Shown here: positions 31,839-32,157 of the stretch, in pieces
Numbering within the stretch: position 1 is the first letter of the stretch
Layout of the letters: every line of letters begins with the position of its first letter
Assembly (NCBI GenBank): GCA_947446835.1
Contig: CANFHS010000001.1
Coordinates: 1-32,157, forward strand
Origin: Bacteriovoracaceae bacterium
GTDB taxonomy: Bacteria; Bdellovibrionota; UBA1018
Reading direction: 5' to 3'
DNA: 32,157 bases
The notes under the pieces: model-generated
Told to the model about the DNA's origin: nothing
What the model saw: only the letters and a program-made list of their open reading frames with translations
Database searches by the model: none
Program-made: the position numbers and the translations under genes

Positions 31839-32157
31839 GGTGCCGCCCTCAGGAGGTAGGCCTCGGTCCGGGAAAGGGCCTCGGTGAGGCTGATCCAGGG
31901 TTCAAGCCCCAGCTCCCGGCGTGCGCGTTCCACGGAAGGAATGTAGCGGGCCGCAGGCACGGATGGATCGGCCTGCTTGGCGATCTGGACCGGGCATCCG
32001 TAGAAACGGCCCACGGTTTCCGCGACCTGCGCGATGGAAAACGCCTGGTCAGAGCCCACGTTGTACGCCCGCCCCGGAACCCCTTTCACGAGCAGGGTCC
32101 AGAGCCAGATCGCCAGGTCGGCCCCGTAAAGGTAGGAGCGCCAGGGGGTGCCATCGC
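31835..32157 (-). CDS. C-terminal part of an NAD-dependent epimerase/dehydratase (SDR), truncated by the window edge
   Basis: The frame is open to the window end and reads ...DGTPWRSYLYGADLAIWLWTLLVKGVPGRAYNVGSDQAFSIAQVAE..., typical of the SDR substrate-domain region. The stop overlaps the ECH gene start. Confidence 0.7.
   Translation of the reverse strand, partial: DGTPWRSYLYGADLAIWLWTLLVKGVPGRAYNVGSDQAFSIAQVAETVGRFYGCPVQIAKQADPSVPAARYIPSVERARRELGLEPWISLTEALSRTEAYLLRAAP

Overview
Visibly GC-rich bacterial chromosomal segment with Gram-negative envelope genes. The gene content (MurJ, DUF507, secreted M4 protease, long RNase E) suggests a 'delta'-type lineage such as Bdellovibrionota or Myxococcota, but that is only a guess. 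I support about 31 protein-coding genes. I recognised no rRNA, tRNA, CRISPR array, transposase or integrase. Layout: (1) 1-10.1 kb, mostly + strand: tail of a carboxylase-like ORF, a PHA-granule family protein, murJ, DUF507, a convergent secreted M4 metalloprotease, an AT-rich divergent intergenic region, an orphan membrane-anchored protein, an MltD-like lytic transglycosylase, lysC and a coupled Rossmann-like orphan. (2) 10.05-23.3 kb: 15 co-directional minus-strand genes with very small gaps, in the order deoC-deoB-deoA-PNP-cdd-amidohydrolase, then rplU-rpmA-obg-nadD-rsfS-rlmH, then gpmI-pfkA-comF. (3) 23.3-27.8 kb: a 583-nt structured non-coding region followed by a 967-aa RNase E and prmA. 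(4) 27.9-32.2 kb: a CDP-sugar / polyprenyl-phosphate glycosyltransferase cluster, an ECH_2-type hydrolase and a truncated SDR epimerase. Most of the window is housekeeping, and I do not see a convincing self-contained novel multi-gene system such as a defence island or mobile element. The leads most worth a second look are: a TTACTTG-N6-CAAGTAA palindrome shared by two otherwise unrelated promoter-proximal regions; the RNase E architecture (a roughly 265-aa charge-segregated insertion inside the S1 domain, an RD-repeat/poly-Arg tail and a long structured leader); a BCCP-like domain whose biotinyl lysine is replaced by serine; an MtaD/TRZ-ATZ-type deaminase embedded in the deo operon; and two orphan proteins. 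Many long ORFs in the supplied track are antisense or out-of-frame artefacts of high GC content and were rejected.
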